Shown here: piece after piece, positions 34,786-44,632 of the stretch | Layout: each line of letters begins with the position of its first letter | Numbering within the stretch: the first letter of the stretch is position 1 | Assembly (NCBI GenBank): GCA_016712675.1 | Contig: JADJQR010000001.1 | Location: 3,351,056 to 3,415,055, forward strand | DNA from: a bacterium | GTDB taxonomy: Bacteria > Krumholzibacteriota > Krumholzibacteriia > LZORAL124-64-63 | DNA: 64,000 nt | Direction of reading: 5' to 3' | Program-made: the position numbers and the translations under genes | Notes under the pieces: generated by a model | What the model saw: only the letters and a program-made list of their open reading frames with translations | What the model was told of the DNA's origin: nothing | The model's database searches: none

Positions 34786-37632
34786 CTACCGGTACCCGAA
34801 CACCACCGCCCAGATGATCAGCACCACGAGTCCCAGGCCGATCGTCAGCGCCACGAACCCGAAGGTCTTGAGCGCCTTGACGAAGCCCTCGGGCAGCGGC
34901 TCGACCATGTGCTCCTCGAGCCGGCCTTCGCGCACCAGCTGCTCGTATTCGCGCGGCCGATCTTCCTTGAACTCCTCCAGCGTCATGCGGCCGGTGAAGA
35001 TCACGGGGTCCATCGGGAACCGGTCCGGACGGAAGTGCGTGTTGAAGAAGTGGATCGTGAAGATGAAGCCGGTGGCCAGCAGCGCCTCGTCCGAGTGGAT
35101 GATCTGCGCCACGTTGATGAACCAGCCCGGCAGCACCCGGGTGAACAGCTCCGGGAACCACAGGATCAGGCCGCTGAAGCCGATCATGGCGACGCCCCAG
35201 AACACCGCGAAGTAGTCGAACTTCTCCCAGTAGGTCCAGCGGCCGTACTCCGGGCGCGCACCGCGGCCGAGGAACCACTTCAGCGTGCCGATGAACTCCT
35301 GGCCGTCGCGCTGGTTGGGGAACATCCCGTCGGGCCCGAACACGAATTCGCGCCAGCTCTTGCCCGACTGCTTGCGTCGGCAGTACAGGTCATAGATATG
35401 ACGCGTGAAGTAGAAGAAGGTCAGGATGGCGCCCATACGATGCAGGGTGCCGGCGGACTGGAAGCCTCCCAGTGCCCTGGCCAGCGTCTGGGCCCACGGC
35501 AGATACGAGAACTTCAGGGTCATGCCGGTGACCGCGAGCGTCAGGAAGCTGACGATGACCATGATGTGCAGCGTGCGGTTGAGGCGATTGAAGCGTCGGA
35601 ACTGCTTCTGCCCTGCGGCCTGCTTCCTCAGCTGCCGGCTGTGCCGCAGCGCCTGGAAGCTGCGCGGCAGCCACAGCAGCGTGTGAAGGCCGAAGACGCT
35701 GAAGGTGCCCACCAGAAGTGCGGTCATGAACAACCACGTGTAGTGGATGACCGGGTACTTCGTCTTGTCATGGTGCGTGGCATGAGTCAGATAGCCGGCG
35801 AACTGCCGGTGCGCGCCCTCGTGGCACTTCGCGCACGTGCCCACGATGTTGTCGCGCGAAAGCGTCGAGGCCGGGTTGTCCGGCTTCTGGATGCTGTGCT
35901 GGCCGTGGCAATCCGAACAACTGGCCGTCTCCGTGTAGCCCAGCGCGAAGACCTTGCCGTGGTAGGTCTCGAAGTAGCTCTCGGTAACGTGTTCATGGCA
36001 CGTGCCGCACTGCGCCACGATCCGCAGCCGGAAGCCCTCGGCGTCCGTGCGCGCGATCTGGTGCGAGGTGTGGCAGTCGTTGCACATGGGCAACCGGTGC
36101 CCATCCTTCGCCTCGCCCGTGAAGTGGATGCTCTGCCGGAACTCGCGGTCGACGCCCTCGTGGCACTTCCCGCAGGTCACGTCGACCTTCGAGCGGTGCA
36201 CCGACGAGGCAGGGTCGGCGCTCGGCATGATCGCGTGCGTGGTGTGGCAGTCGACGCAGGTGGCGGTCACGACCAGGCCGCTCTTGTCCAGGGCCCGCCC
36301 GTGCGTGCTCTCCTTGTAGTTGGCCACCATGCTCTTCTCGGTGCCCTCGTAGCGCTTGTCGGCCACGCCGCCCTCGTCGTGGCACTTCCCGCACATGTCC
36401 GGGATGTTGCGCACGTGGGTCATCGACGCGGGATTCGTCCTCTTCAGGATGTCGTGCCGGCCGTGGCAGACCAGACAGTCCGGGACATCCTTGTCGCCCT
36501 GGGCGCCCAGCTTGCCGTGGATGCTGGCTTTGTAGGTCTCGACGACTTCGGCGTGGCAGATCGAGCAGTCGACCCTGTTGGGCACCGTGTCGCACGGGCG
36601 TGCGTGGCTGGGGGTGGCTCCCGTGTGGCACTGGATGCAGGCGGTCTTGACGTGCGCCGAGCCGGCCAGCATGGCGTGGTCGACGTGCATCGACCGGCCG
36701 GCGTTGGCCGGCGTCGCGCCGACGAGGTCCTTCTGGGCGTGGCACTTCAGGCACTCGCTGTCGGCCATCCCCTCGCCGTAGTACACGCGGCGGATCTCAT
36801 GCGGCTCGTGGCATTCAATGCAGGCCGGGACCTTGCTCGGTTCCTTCTCCCAGAGTTGGCCCTCGATGACCTTCGCGTGCACTTTCTCGATCATCCCGTG
36901 ACACGACTGGCACATGCCGGCGATGTTGTCGCGATGGATGCTGCTCTTGGGGTCCTTGTGGTTGCGCACGTTGTGCGCTGTGTGGCAGTCCGAGCACACG
37001 GCCGAGTTCGTCAGGCCCCGCTTGTAGAGGCCCTCGCCGTGAATCGAGAAGGAGTAGTGCGCCAGGATGCTATCCTGCGACACCTCGGCGTATTCGCGGA
37101 TGGCCTCGCCTTCCCGGTGGCAGCGCCCGCACATCACCGGGATGTTGAAGCGGTTGACCTTCGACGCGGGATCGTTCGGCGGCATGATGTCGTGCGCGCC
37201 GTGGCAGGTCCAGCAGCGCGGGGCGATGGGCACGCCCTGGCTGACTCCCACCCCGTGCAGGCTACCGGCATACTGCGCGGCCACACCGTCATGGCACGTG
37301 CCGCAGTCCACGTCCGGCAGTTCCTCCGCGTGCGGCCAGTCCTCCACGCCCGCCAGCGACTGGTGGCAGTCCACGCAGCCGATGCCCTCACGCCCGTGCA
37401 CCGAGCGGTTGTAGACCCCGAGGTCGAAGTAGAGCGACTTGACCTGACCGCGCTCGTTCTTGGTGAGGCTACGGTCGTCGTGGCACATCTGGCAGGTGTC
37501 CGCGTCCTGGGCCAGGGCGTCGGCTGCGGTCAGGGCCAGGCCCAACGACGCCATCGCTGTCGCCAGCCACAGCAGGCCGCCGCGCCGTCGGCGGTCCTGG
37601 TGGCGTGGTCCACGCGGGAAGCTCATCGGCAC
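34786..37632 (-). CDS. Multiheme c-type cytochrome (19 CxxCH) fused to a C-terminal membrane cytochrome-b-like domain (CbcL-like)
   Basis: 19 CxxCH motifs counted in the first ~600 aa (CQMCH, CVDCH, CGTCH, CWTCH, CGRCH, ... CAKCH), then about six TM helices bearing conserved His (LHTLLWL, LHIMVIV, LHRMGAIL, IHFFNTHF). Confidence 0.8.
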   Translation of the reverse strand: MPMSFPRGPRHQDRRRRGGLLWLATAMASLGLALTAADALAQDADTCQMCHDDRSLTKNERGQVKSLYFDLGVYNRSVHGREGIGCVDCHQSLAGVEDWPHAEELPDVDCGTCHDGVAAQYAGSLHGVGVSQGVPIAPRCWTCHGAHDIMPPNDPASKVNRFNIPVMCGRCHREGEAIREYAEVSQDSILAHYSFSIHGEGLYKRGLTNSAVCSDCHTAHNVRNHKDPKSSIHRDNIAGMCQSCHGMIEKVHAKVIEGQLWEKEPSKVPACIECHEPHEIRRVYYGEGMADSECLKCHAQKDLVGATPANAGRSMHVDHAMLAGSAHVKTACIQCHTGATPSHARPCDTVPNRVDCSICHAEVVETYKASIHGKLGAQGDKDVPDCLVCHGRHDILKRTNPASMTHVRNIPDMCGKCHDEGGVADKRYEGTEKSMVANYKESTHGRALDKSGLVVTATCVDCHTTHAIMPSADPASSVHRSKVDVTCGKCHEGVDREFRQSIHFTGEAKDGHRLPMCNDCHTSHQIARTDAEGFRLRIVAQCGTCHEHVTESYFETYHGKVFALGYTETASCSDCHGQHSIQKPDNPASTLSRDNIVGTCAKCHEGAHRQFAGYLTHATHHDKTKYPVIHYTWLFMTALLVGTFSVFGLHTLLWLPRSFQALRHSRQLRKQAAGQKQFRRFNRLNRTLHIMVIVSFLTLAVTGMTLKFSYLPWAQTLARALGGFQSAGTLHRMGAILTFFYFTRHIYDLYCRRKQSGKSWREFVFGPDGMFPNQRDGQEFIGTLKWFLGRGARPEYGRWTYWEKFDYFAVFWGVAMIGFSGLILWFPELFTRVLPGWFINVAQIIHSDEALLATGFIFTIHFFNTHFRPDRFPMDPVIFTGRMTLEEFKEDRPREYEQLVREGRLEEHMVEPLPEGFVKALKTFGFVALTIGLGLVVLIIWAVVFGYR

Positions 37633-37885
37633 ACTCTCCGTCCAAGTACGTCGGCTCGGCTCAATGGGGCCAATGATCTACAGTTACAGGTGGAGATCAA
37701 GCGCTAATCGGAAAATTGAAAACGAGTTACGTGATCGTTTGAAGCCCGCAGACCTCCATCATCAAGAGCATCTTGCTCTCGCTTTATCGTAAGCGGCCAA
37801 CGGTCAATAAGTTTCGCAATCGTATTGGGTCGCGCGCCGCCGGGGAGGGCCTCGATAGGGGCCGAAGCAGGCCGGGGCAGCCTGT

Positions 37886-38710
37886 TCAGCGCGTCCGAAC
37901 GTCCCTGCGTCGCGCCCTCGCGGCGGGGCCGCTCGCTCCCGCCTTCGGCGCAAAGGCCCCGATCTCCTGCGCGGTCAACGGGCGCAGGCCCCCGGGCGCC
38001 AGATCGCCGAGAGTCACGCCACCGAGCCGCACCCGCCTGACCATCAGCACCTTGTGGCGCAGCGTCGCCAGCATCCGCCGCATCTGGCGCGCCTGGCCGC
38101 CGCGCAGGGTCAGACTCAGCATCGTGCGGCCTCGCTCGCGCGAAAGCACCTTCACCGAAACGGGCCGGAACGTGCCCAGACCCGGCACGACGATCCCCGC
38201 ATCGATCACTGTCAACTGGACATCGCTGACCTCGCCCTCGACCTGCACGGTGAACTCGTGCTCGCAGTCGACGACACTGGTGACGCGCGTGATCCAGGCA
38301 CCGTCGTTGGCCACCAGAAGCAGGCCGGAAGTGCGCGAGTCCAGCCGACCGGCGGTGCGCAGCCCGATCACGTCATCGGGAAGGAAGTCCTCCACCAGAC
38401 GCCGGCCGGGCCCGTCCTCCTGCCGACAGACCACGCGCAGGGGCTTGTGGAACGCGTAGTACGCGGGTTCTACCTTGGCCAGCGGCTTGTTGTCGAGGAA
38501 CACGACGGTATCCGTGGCGATCATGCGCAGCGGATCGGTCACGACGTCATCGCCCACGCGCACGCGACCTGCCTTGACGGCGGCGTCCGCCCAGCGCCTG
38601 GTGCCGTAGCCCGCCTTCATCAACGCGCGCGACAGCCCCATGGGCCGACCCGGCAGCCAGGGCTGCTGGGCCTCTCCTCTCTTGAGGGCCCTGTCAGGGG
38701 ACTTGGACAT
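37886..38710 (-). CDS. Pseudouridine synthase, RsuA/RluB family
   Basis: S4-like N-terminus and catalytic GRLD motif (LRTAGRLDSRTSGLLLVANDG). Confidence 0.8.
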   Translation of the reverse strand: MSKSPDRALKRGEAQQPWLPGRPMGLSRALMKAGYGTRRWADAAVKAGRVRVGDDVVTDPLRMIATDTVVFLDNKPLAKVEPAYYAFHKPLRVVCRQEDGPGRRLVEDFLPDDVIGLRTAGRLDSRTSGLLLVANDGAWITRVTSVVDCEHEFTVQVEGEVSDVQLTVIDAGIVVPGLGTFRPVSVKVLSRERGRTMLSLTLRGGQARQMRRMLATLRHKVLMVRRVRLGGVTLGDLAPGGLRPLTAQEIGAFAPKAGASGPAARARRRDVRTR

Positions 38711-39485
38711 CGCCGCCGGCTCCGCTTCTGCCGCTCATGGGCGTGTTTCTTCGATCCAGTAGCGCCACCGCGCGCACGGGCGAGGCCTCCGCCCCGACCA
38801 GGGGCAGGGGCAGCGCCAGCACCAGGAAGCCGCCTGCGGGCAGATCCGCGAGGTTCGCCAGGTTCTCCAGGTTCACCATGCCCGCCGCCGCGAACAGGTC
38901 GTGCGCGGAGCGGCCGGACAAGTCATCGATGCTCGGGGTGTCCACCCCGACCCCCTTGAGCCCGGCGGCTGCCAGCCGCTCTGCCAGCGGTCCGGAAAGC
39001 CAGGGCCACTGCGCGTAGTACGCGGTCTGTCCCCAATGGCGCGACCAACCCGTGTCGAACAGCACGAAATCCACGTCGGCCAGGTCCACGCCGTCCAGCA
39101 ACTCTGCACCCAACGGGCCACAGTCGGCGTGGCCCGCCGGCCCGCGCGGCGGCCGGATGACCGCAGCCGACCCGCAGAATCGCTCCGGCGGCAGCTCGTC
39201 GACACCCGGGGCATCGGCCAGGAAGTGGCCCGGCGCGTCCACGTGCGTGCCGACATGGCAACCGAGTTCCAGGCGACTCGAGCGACAGGTCGCATCCCCG
39301 TGATCGGACAACCGCACCACGCGCAGCGGCTGCCGGTCGCCCGGCCACTGCGGCATGTCGGTCGCGATCGGGTGGCTCAGGTCGACCACACACAGGTCGA
39401 TCGGGCTCGGCCATTCGGCCCTGCGGGTCCCCGATGGGTTCACGATCTCCTCCGTCGCCGGGCGCCGACTGTCGCACCCCGACAT
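38694..39485 (-). CDS. Cyclase-family protein (kynurenine formamidase-like)
   Basis: Motif HVGTHVDAPGHF, characteristic of the putative cyclase/arylformamidase family. Confidence 0.7.
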   Translation of the reverse strand: MSGCDSRRPATEEIVNPSGTRRAEWPSPIDLCVVDLSHPIATDMPQWPGDRQPLRVVRLSDHGDATCRSSRLELGCHVGTHVDAPGHFLADAPGVDELPPERFCGSAAVIRPPRGPAGHADCGPLGAELLDGVDLADVDFVLFDTGWSRHWGQTAYYAQWPWLSGPLAERLAAAGLKGVGVDTPSIDDLSGRSAHDLFAAAGMVNLENLANLADLPAGGFLVLALPLPLVGAEASPVRAVALLDRRNTPMSGRSGAGGDVQVP

Positions 39486-39856
39486 CAGCCGGACGGGAAT
39501 GTCTCCACCGCCAGCGCGCGGCGCAAGTCGGCAACGTCGAACGGGGAATCGTAGACCAGCCGCTCGGCCTCGTCCAGGCGCCCCTCCGCCTGCTCGGGCT
39601 CGCCGGCCACGGCCGCGATCGCCAGGAACGCGCGCTGCAGGCGGTCGGCAGGTCCGACGCGCGCTACCGCGAAGTCGCGGTTGCGCAGGCGCTGGGTCAG
39701 CGCGCGCAACGGCGCACGCAGGTCCTTCAGTGAGCGCGAGCCCGGCAGCACCAGGTCCGCGACCAGCGTGCCGGTGTAGATGCGGACGTCATCCAACAGC
39801 GGCCTCCCGGCTGGCGCGCTACCGTACGCGATGCCGTGACCGGACACAACCGCCAT
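39485..39856 (-). CDS. DUF503-like small protein
   Basis: Resembles the DUF503/YlxP pattern (LPGSRSLKDLRAPLRALTQRLRNRDFAVARV...); true start may be internal. Confidence 0.45.
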   Translation of the reverse strand: MAVVSGHGIAYGSAPAGRPLLDDVRIYTGTLVADLVLPGSRSLKDLRAPLRALTQRLRNRDFAVARVGPADRLQRAFLAIAAVAGEPEQAEGRLDEAERLVYDSPFDVADLRRALAVETFPSG

Positions 39857-39889
39857 CCCAGGCCGCGGCCCGCAATCCCGGTGTCGGCC

Positions 39890-41611
39890 TCAGCGCACGA
39901 CCGTCAGTTTCCGGGCGTGCTCCCGGCCCGCCGAGGTCACCACGGCCAGGTACGTGCCCGCCGGGGCGGGTCGGCCGTCTTCGGCGCGTCCATCCCAATG
40001 GAAGCGGTGGCGGCCGGGTCCGAGGTGCCCCCCGAAGATCCGCCGGAAGCGGCGGCCCCGCGCATCATAGACGTCCACCTCCACGGCGGCGCCTGCCGTC
40101 ATCGCGCAATCGAACCAGGTGCCGCCGTTGCACGGATTCGGCTCGATCGAAACCAGCCTGCCACGCGGAGGCAGGGGCGGACCGGGAATCGTGTCCACAT
40201 CGATCGTCCACGCGCGGGCTTCTCCGGCGCGTGCGGGGTTGCCGACGACGATCCCGACCGAAGCCAGTCGACCGGCCGGAGTGCGCAGCACGACCTGCGC
40301 GTCGTTCTCGCGGTCCAGCCCGACCGATTCGAGCGACGCGCCACCATCCACGTCACGCACATGGAGCGCCAGCGACAGGGGCCCGTCGTCCTCGTGCCCG
40401 TCGAACGTCAGCCGCAGCAGGCACTCGCCCAGGTCCTCGAAACCACCCAGTTCCACCGGTGTCGCGGCAAGATGCGCCACGGTCCCCGTGATCCGCGCCG
40501 GGTAGCTCTCGGCCCGCGCGAAAACGTCACCCGTCGGATAGTCGGCCGCGTCGGCATAGCCCATCCCCACCACGGCGCGCTTGCCGACCACGTAGTTCCA
40601 GCCGGTGAAGCCCGCCCAGGCTGCGGCCAGCGAGGCACCGCGCGGCGCCAGCACCCCATCCCACGCGGCCAGGGGATCCTCGTCCGGCATGGTAGCGCGG
40701 CGTTCCCAGTAGTCGCGTATGACCGCATCGCCCCAGCGCGCGTTCAGCCAGATCGCGAACACGGCGTCATCGTACGAGCCCGTGCCACCCGGCCCGCTGT
40801 CCAGCGGCAACTGCGGCCGGCGGACCGGGCTGTCGCCCAGCAGGTAGTGGTGGTAGGCATTGACCAGGGGAAAGGTGCGCTCCTCGGCCCAGGTGGCGTC
40901 GAGTTCCGTCCAATTGCCCTCGCTCCAGCGGCTGCCGGCGTACTGGCTGCAGTGTCTGAACTCGTGGGCCGCCGTGACCTTCGCCGAACCGATGGCGTTG
41001 CCCTCGGGATCGTCGTTCGGCGGGAAACGACTGTAGGAGTTGTGAAGCACGATACGGGAGGTTCCGGCGCCGGGGTCGACCGGCACCGTATAGCCGTAGT
41101 AGTGCATGCGGCGGAACGAGACATCGATGGGGCCGCCCGGCGGGGCGCGGAAGCCGAACTCCCCGATCGCGAGGTCCCAGGACTCCTCGAGGTACCTGGC
41201 GATGTGGGCGACGAAGTCGGGCACGCCATCCTGCGGGTCGTCGTCGGCGCTGGGCACCGCGTTGTCGCCCGTTGCGAACCAGCCCAGGCGGAAGTGGCCG
41301 CCCGGGCTGAGCAGGGTGTTCTCATCGCTGACATACGCAAGGAAGTCGTCGATCGTGCTGACGGTCCCTGGTGAGAGACCCGGACGCTGCTCGAGATACT
41401 CGCGCACCTGAGACGTGCCGCAGCCGGCGTCGTCCATCGGCCCGCCCTCGCCGGCGCCACCGTCGAACGCGGCGCGGAAGCGGTCGAGCAGCCCCTGTCC
41501 GGCATCGAGGGGCACGGCGGCACCCGCCGCCGGCGGGGCCGCCAGGACGGACGGCAACAACGCCGCCAGCAGTGCGGCAGCCAAACTCGCCCTGACTTCG
41601 AGCGGGCACAT
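39890..41611 (-). CDS. Secreted HExxH zinc metallopeptidase-like protein with T9SS-type C-terminal domain
   Basis: Signal peptide; HExxH motif (AAHEFRHC); C-terminal IEPNPCNGG...VDVYDARGRRFRRIF...GTYLAVV...KLTVVR. Confidence 0.6.
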   Translation of the reverse strand: MCPLEVRASLAAALLAALLPSVLAAPPAAGAAVPLDAGQGLLDRFRAAFDGGAGEGGPMDDAGCGTSQVREYLEQRPGLSPGTVSTIDDFLAYVSDENTLLSPGGHFRLGWFATGDNAVPSADDDPQDGVPDFVAHIARYLEESWDLAIGEFGFRAPPGGPIDVSFRRMHYYGYTVPVDPGAGTSRIVLHNSYSRFPPNDDPEGNAIGSAKVTAAHEFRHCSQYAGSRWSEGNWTELDATWAEERTFPLVNAYHHYLLGDSPVRRPQLPLDSGPGGTGSYDDAVFAIWLNARWGDAVIRDYWERRATMPDEDPLAAWDGVLAPRGASLAAAWAGFTGWNYVVGKRAVVGMGYADAADYPTGDVFARAESYPARITGTVAHLAATPVELGGFEDLGECLLRLTFDGHEDDGPLSLALHVRDVDGGASLESVGLDRENDAQVVLRTPAGRLASVGIVVGNPARAGEARAWTIDVDTIPGPPLPPRGRLVSIEPNPCNGGTWFDCAMTAGAAVEVDVYDARGRRFRRIFGGHLGPGRHRFHWDGRAEDGRPAPAGTYLAVVTSAGREHARKLTVVR

Positions 41612-41776
41612 CGGCAGCGGATTCCCCCCGGTGTGGCGGAAGACCTGCGGGTGCGCCGCGGGATCTCCAGATCCGTTCCATTATCCGTGCGCGGGCGCCC
41701 CGCGGCCACCTAATTCGGCGCCGGACGAAGCCAGAGGCGGCGACGAAGCGACGCGAGCCCGCGCTCGGCCGTTGCC

Positions 41777-43363
41777 ATGAGCCCCGGCATGTCCTACGAT
41801 GGACGCATGTTCCCGCCAAGCTACGACTTGCCGCGCACCCAGCGCCGAACCTGTGCCGTCCTGCTGGTCTGCGGCGGATTGGTCTGCGCCGGATTGGTCG
41901 CCACAGGCTGCCGCGAACCCCTGCCCCGGCCCGATGCCGACGCCGTCCCCCCGGAGCCCGCGATCCCGCATGCTGTCGTCGAGCGCGACCTGCGAGATCT
42001 GCGGGCCAGCGGGACGCTGCGGGTCCTGTTCCGCTACGATTCAAGTAACTACTTCCTGCACAAGGGCGGCCAGGCCGGTTTCGAATTCGAGTTGATGGAG
42101 CGTTTCGCCCGCGAGCGCAGCCTGACCATCAGCGCGGTCGTCACCGAACCGGGCGCCGACATCGTCTCGCTGCTGAACGACGGCACCGGCGATGTCGCCT
42201 GCGGCAGCCTGATGGCCGATCCCGACCACGAGCAGTGGGTGGCGCTCACGCGACCGACGAACTTCGCCCGCAAGGTCCTGGTCCTGCCGGCCGACGACGA
42301 GCGCAAGGATTCCCCGGCGGCGCTGACCGGCCTGACCGTCACGCTACCGGCGCACGATCCGTTCGGGCGCGAGCTCCTGGGACTGTCGAACGCCGGCGGC
42401 TGGGGCCTGGCGCTGGGCACCACGCCGCCGGGACTCGATCCGGAGGACCTCGTGGCCGAGGTCGCGCGTGGCCGCCTGGACGCCGCCGTCGTGGACGACC
42501 TGGTGGCCCAGGCGGCGCTGACCTATCGGGACGATGTGCGCATCGGCCTGGTCCTCGGCGACCGGCGGCCCACCGTTTGGTTCGTCAGACAGAACAGCCC
42601 CGACCTGCGGGCGGCGCTCAACGCGTTCCTGCGTGGCCACCTGAGCATCGACGCCGACGGGCGCGAACGCCGCAGCCACGACTACGCGTCGCTGCACGAA
42701 CGCTATTTCGAGGATCCCCGCTCGATCCGCCAGTTCCGCGCCTCGCACCTGAGGCCGGACCTCGGCGGCGTGATCAGCGGGTACGACGACATGATCCGTG
42801 CGCGCGCGGCAGAATACGGCATCGACTGGCGCCTGGTCGCCGCCCTGATCTACCAGGAATCCAGGTTCGAGCCGGAAGCCAGGAGCATCGCCGGCGCCCA
42901 GGGCCTGATGCAGGTGCTGCCGTCGGTGGCCGGCGCGCAGGCCGACAGCCTTCTGGACCCGCGGGCAAACCTGACGGCGGGCATCCGCCTGCTGCGCACG
43001 ATCCACGATGCCTACGACTACTGCGACTCGGTGGACCGCTGGTGCTTCACGCTGGCCGAGTACCACGCCGGCCCGAGCCGGATCGCCGACGCCCGGCGCC
43101 TCGCCATCGAGCAGCGGCGGGACCCGAACCGCTGGGAGGGCTCGGTGGCGGTCACGCTGCCGAGGCTGGCCGATTCGACCTGGGCGGGCAGGATCGCCTC
43201 CAGGCCGTTTCCGGGCGGGCGCACCGTGCGCTACGTGAACCAGATCCTCAATCGAGCCCGGCTCTACATGCAGGTGGTGCCGCTGGAGGCCGCGGCCGCC
43301 GATACGGCCGACGCCTCCGGCCAAGGTGCCGATGATCCCGCGACATCGCTCGCGTACCCGTAG
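41777..43363 (+). CDS. Membrane-bound lytic murein transglycosylase F-like lipoprotein (solute-binding domain plus SLT domain)
   Basis: Lipobox (LVATGC); periplasmic-binding-like N-domain; SLT motif (YQESRFEPEARSIAGAQGLMQVLPS). Confidence 0.7.
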   Translation: MSPGMSYDGRMFPPSYDLPRTQRRTCAVLLVCGGLVCAGLVATGCREPLPRPDADAVPPEPAIPHAVVERDLRDLRASGTLRVLFRYDSSNYFLHKGGQAGFEFELMERFARERSLTISAVVTEPGADIVSLLNDGTGDVACGSLMADPDHEQWVALTRPTNFARKVLVLPADDERKDSPAALTGLTVTLPAHDPFGRELLGLSNAGGWGLALGTTPPGLDPEDLVAEVARGRLDAAVVDDLVAQAALTYRDDVRIGLVLGDRRPTVWFVRQNSPDLRAALNAFLRGHLSIDADGRERRSHDYASLHERYFEDPRSIRQFRASHLRPDLGGVISGYDDMIRARAAEYGIDWRLVAALIYQESRFEPEARSIAGAQGLMQVLPSVAGAQADSLLDPRANLTAGIRLLRTIHDAYDYCDSVDRWCFTLAEYHAGPSRIADARRLAIEQRRDPNRWEGSVAVTLPRLADSTWAGRIASRPFPGGRTVRYVNQILNRARLYMQVVPLEAAAADTADASGQGADDPATSLAYP

Positions 43364-43372
43364 GAGATCCGC

Positions 43373-44602
43373 TTGCATCCCTACCCCTCCGCGGCAAACC
43401 GGCCGGCGGCCCCTCGGTCGCCGTCCGGGGCGGTCGCGCTCGCCCTGGCCGCCATGCTGTTGGCCGTGCCCGCGTCGGCAACGCCAACGCGGCACGCGGC
43501 GCTGGGGGCCGTCGACGGGCTCGAGGACGATGCGTCGTTTTTCCGCTGGCCGGGTGCCGCTCGGGACCACGCCGGCCGCGTGTGGGTCGACAGCGGGATC
43601 GTGGAACCGGGTGAGGGCTGGACCGCCAACGGCGCGCTGCCGCGCACGGGACCGGCGTTGGCCCTGGCCTGGGACGGCGGCCGCGGCTGGACGGCAGGCT
43701 TCGCCGCCCATGTGCGCGCCGCGGACGCCGACCACGTCGGGCTGCATCGGGACGGTCCCGGCGCCTCGTTCACCTGGCTTCTGGCGCGCACGATCGGCGA
43801 CGTCGATGTCGGCGCGACCTGGCGCAGTGCTAGCGGCGGGTGGACCTCCGACGTCGATGCCCGCGACGAGTTCGAGCACCGTCGCGATGACATCGGACTG
43901 GGCGCACGGCTGGACCTTTCCGGGCGTGCGTTCCTGGATCTGGCCGGTGATGTCCGCCGCCAGGTCAACCGGATGCAAGGGCCGGGCGATCCGCCGGCCT
44001 GGGACGCGGGCGAATCGGTGTCGGCGCGCTCCTGGAGCGCGCGGGCCCGCCTGTTCGTCGAACTGCGGCCCTCGGCGGTTCTGTCGCTCGTCGCCGAGCG
44101 CCTGCGCGAGGACTTCACGGGCCCGATCGCGGGCGAAGCCTGGGAACGCGACGCCGCCCTGGCGCATGACAACCGCCTGACGCGCCTGGAAGCCACGCTG
44201 TGCCACCTGCCGGATCCCGACCGCTTGCTGGCCGCGACGTTGTCGTGGGCGCGCGCGGCCACCGCGCACGACGCGGTGGCCGGCGCGGCGGCCGCGACCG
44301 GCGACGAAGACGTGCGCGCGCTGGGGCTGGGGTTGTCGGCCGAACAGCGCCTGAACTGGTGGCTGAGCCTGCGCGCCTCGATCAGTATGACCGACCTGAC
44401 ACGCCGACGCACATCCGGCGACGGTCTGGGCGGGCTGCCGGAGCGACCGGTGACGGCGGCCGCCGGGCTGGGCCTTCATCTGGGCGCCTGGGGCGCGGAC
44501 CTGGCCGTGGGCAACACCGGACTGCCGGCGCCCTGGCGCTGGCTTGCCGGAGCACCGGACCGCACGCCGTGGCTGCGGGCCACGTTCCACCACGATTTCT
44601 GA
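43373..44602 (+). CDS. Hypothetical secreted protein, possibly an outer-membrane beta-barrel
   Basis: Signal peptide (AVALALAAMLLAVPASA); alternating amphipathic segments; C-terminal aromatic residue (...HHDF). Confidence 0.4.
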   Translation: MHPYPSAANRPAAPRSPSGAVALALAAMLLAVPASATPTRHAALGAVDGLEDDASFFRWPGAARDHAGRVWVDSGIVEPGEGWTANGALPRTGPALALAWDGGRGWTAGFAAHVRAADADHVGLHRDGPGASFTWLLARTIGDVDVGATWRSASGGWTSDVDARDEFEHRRDDIGLGARLDLSGRAFLDLAGDVRRQVNRMQGPGDPPAWDAGESVSARSWSARARLFVELRPSAVLSLVAERLREDFTGPIAGEAWERDAALAHDNRLTRLEATLCHLPDPDRLLAATLSWARAATAHDAVAGAAAATGDEDVRALGLGLSAEQRLNWWLSLRASISMTDLTRRRTSGDGLGGLPERPVTAAAGLGLHLGAWGADLAVGNTGLPAPWRWLAGAPDRTPWLRATFHHDF

Positions 44603-44632
44603 GCCGCCGCCGGCCCGCCCGGGAGTGCGCCG

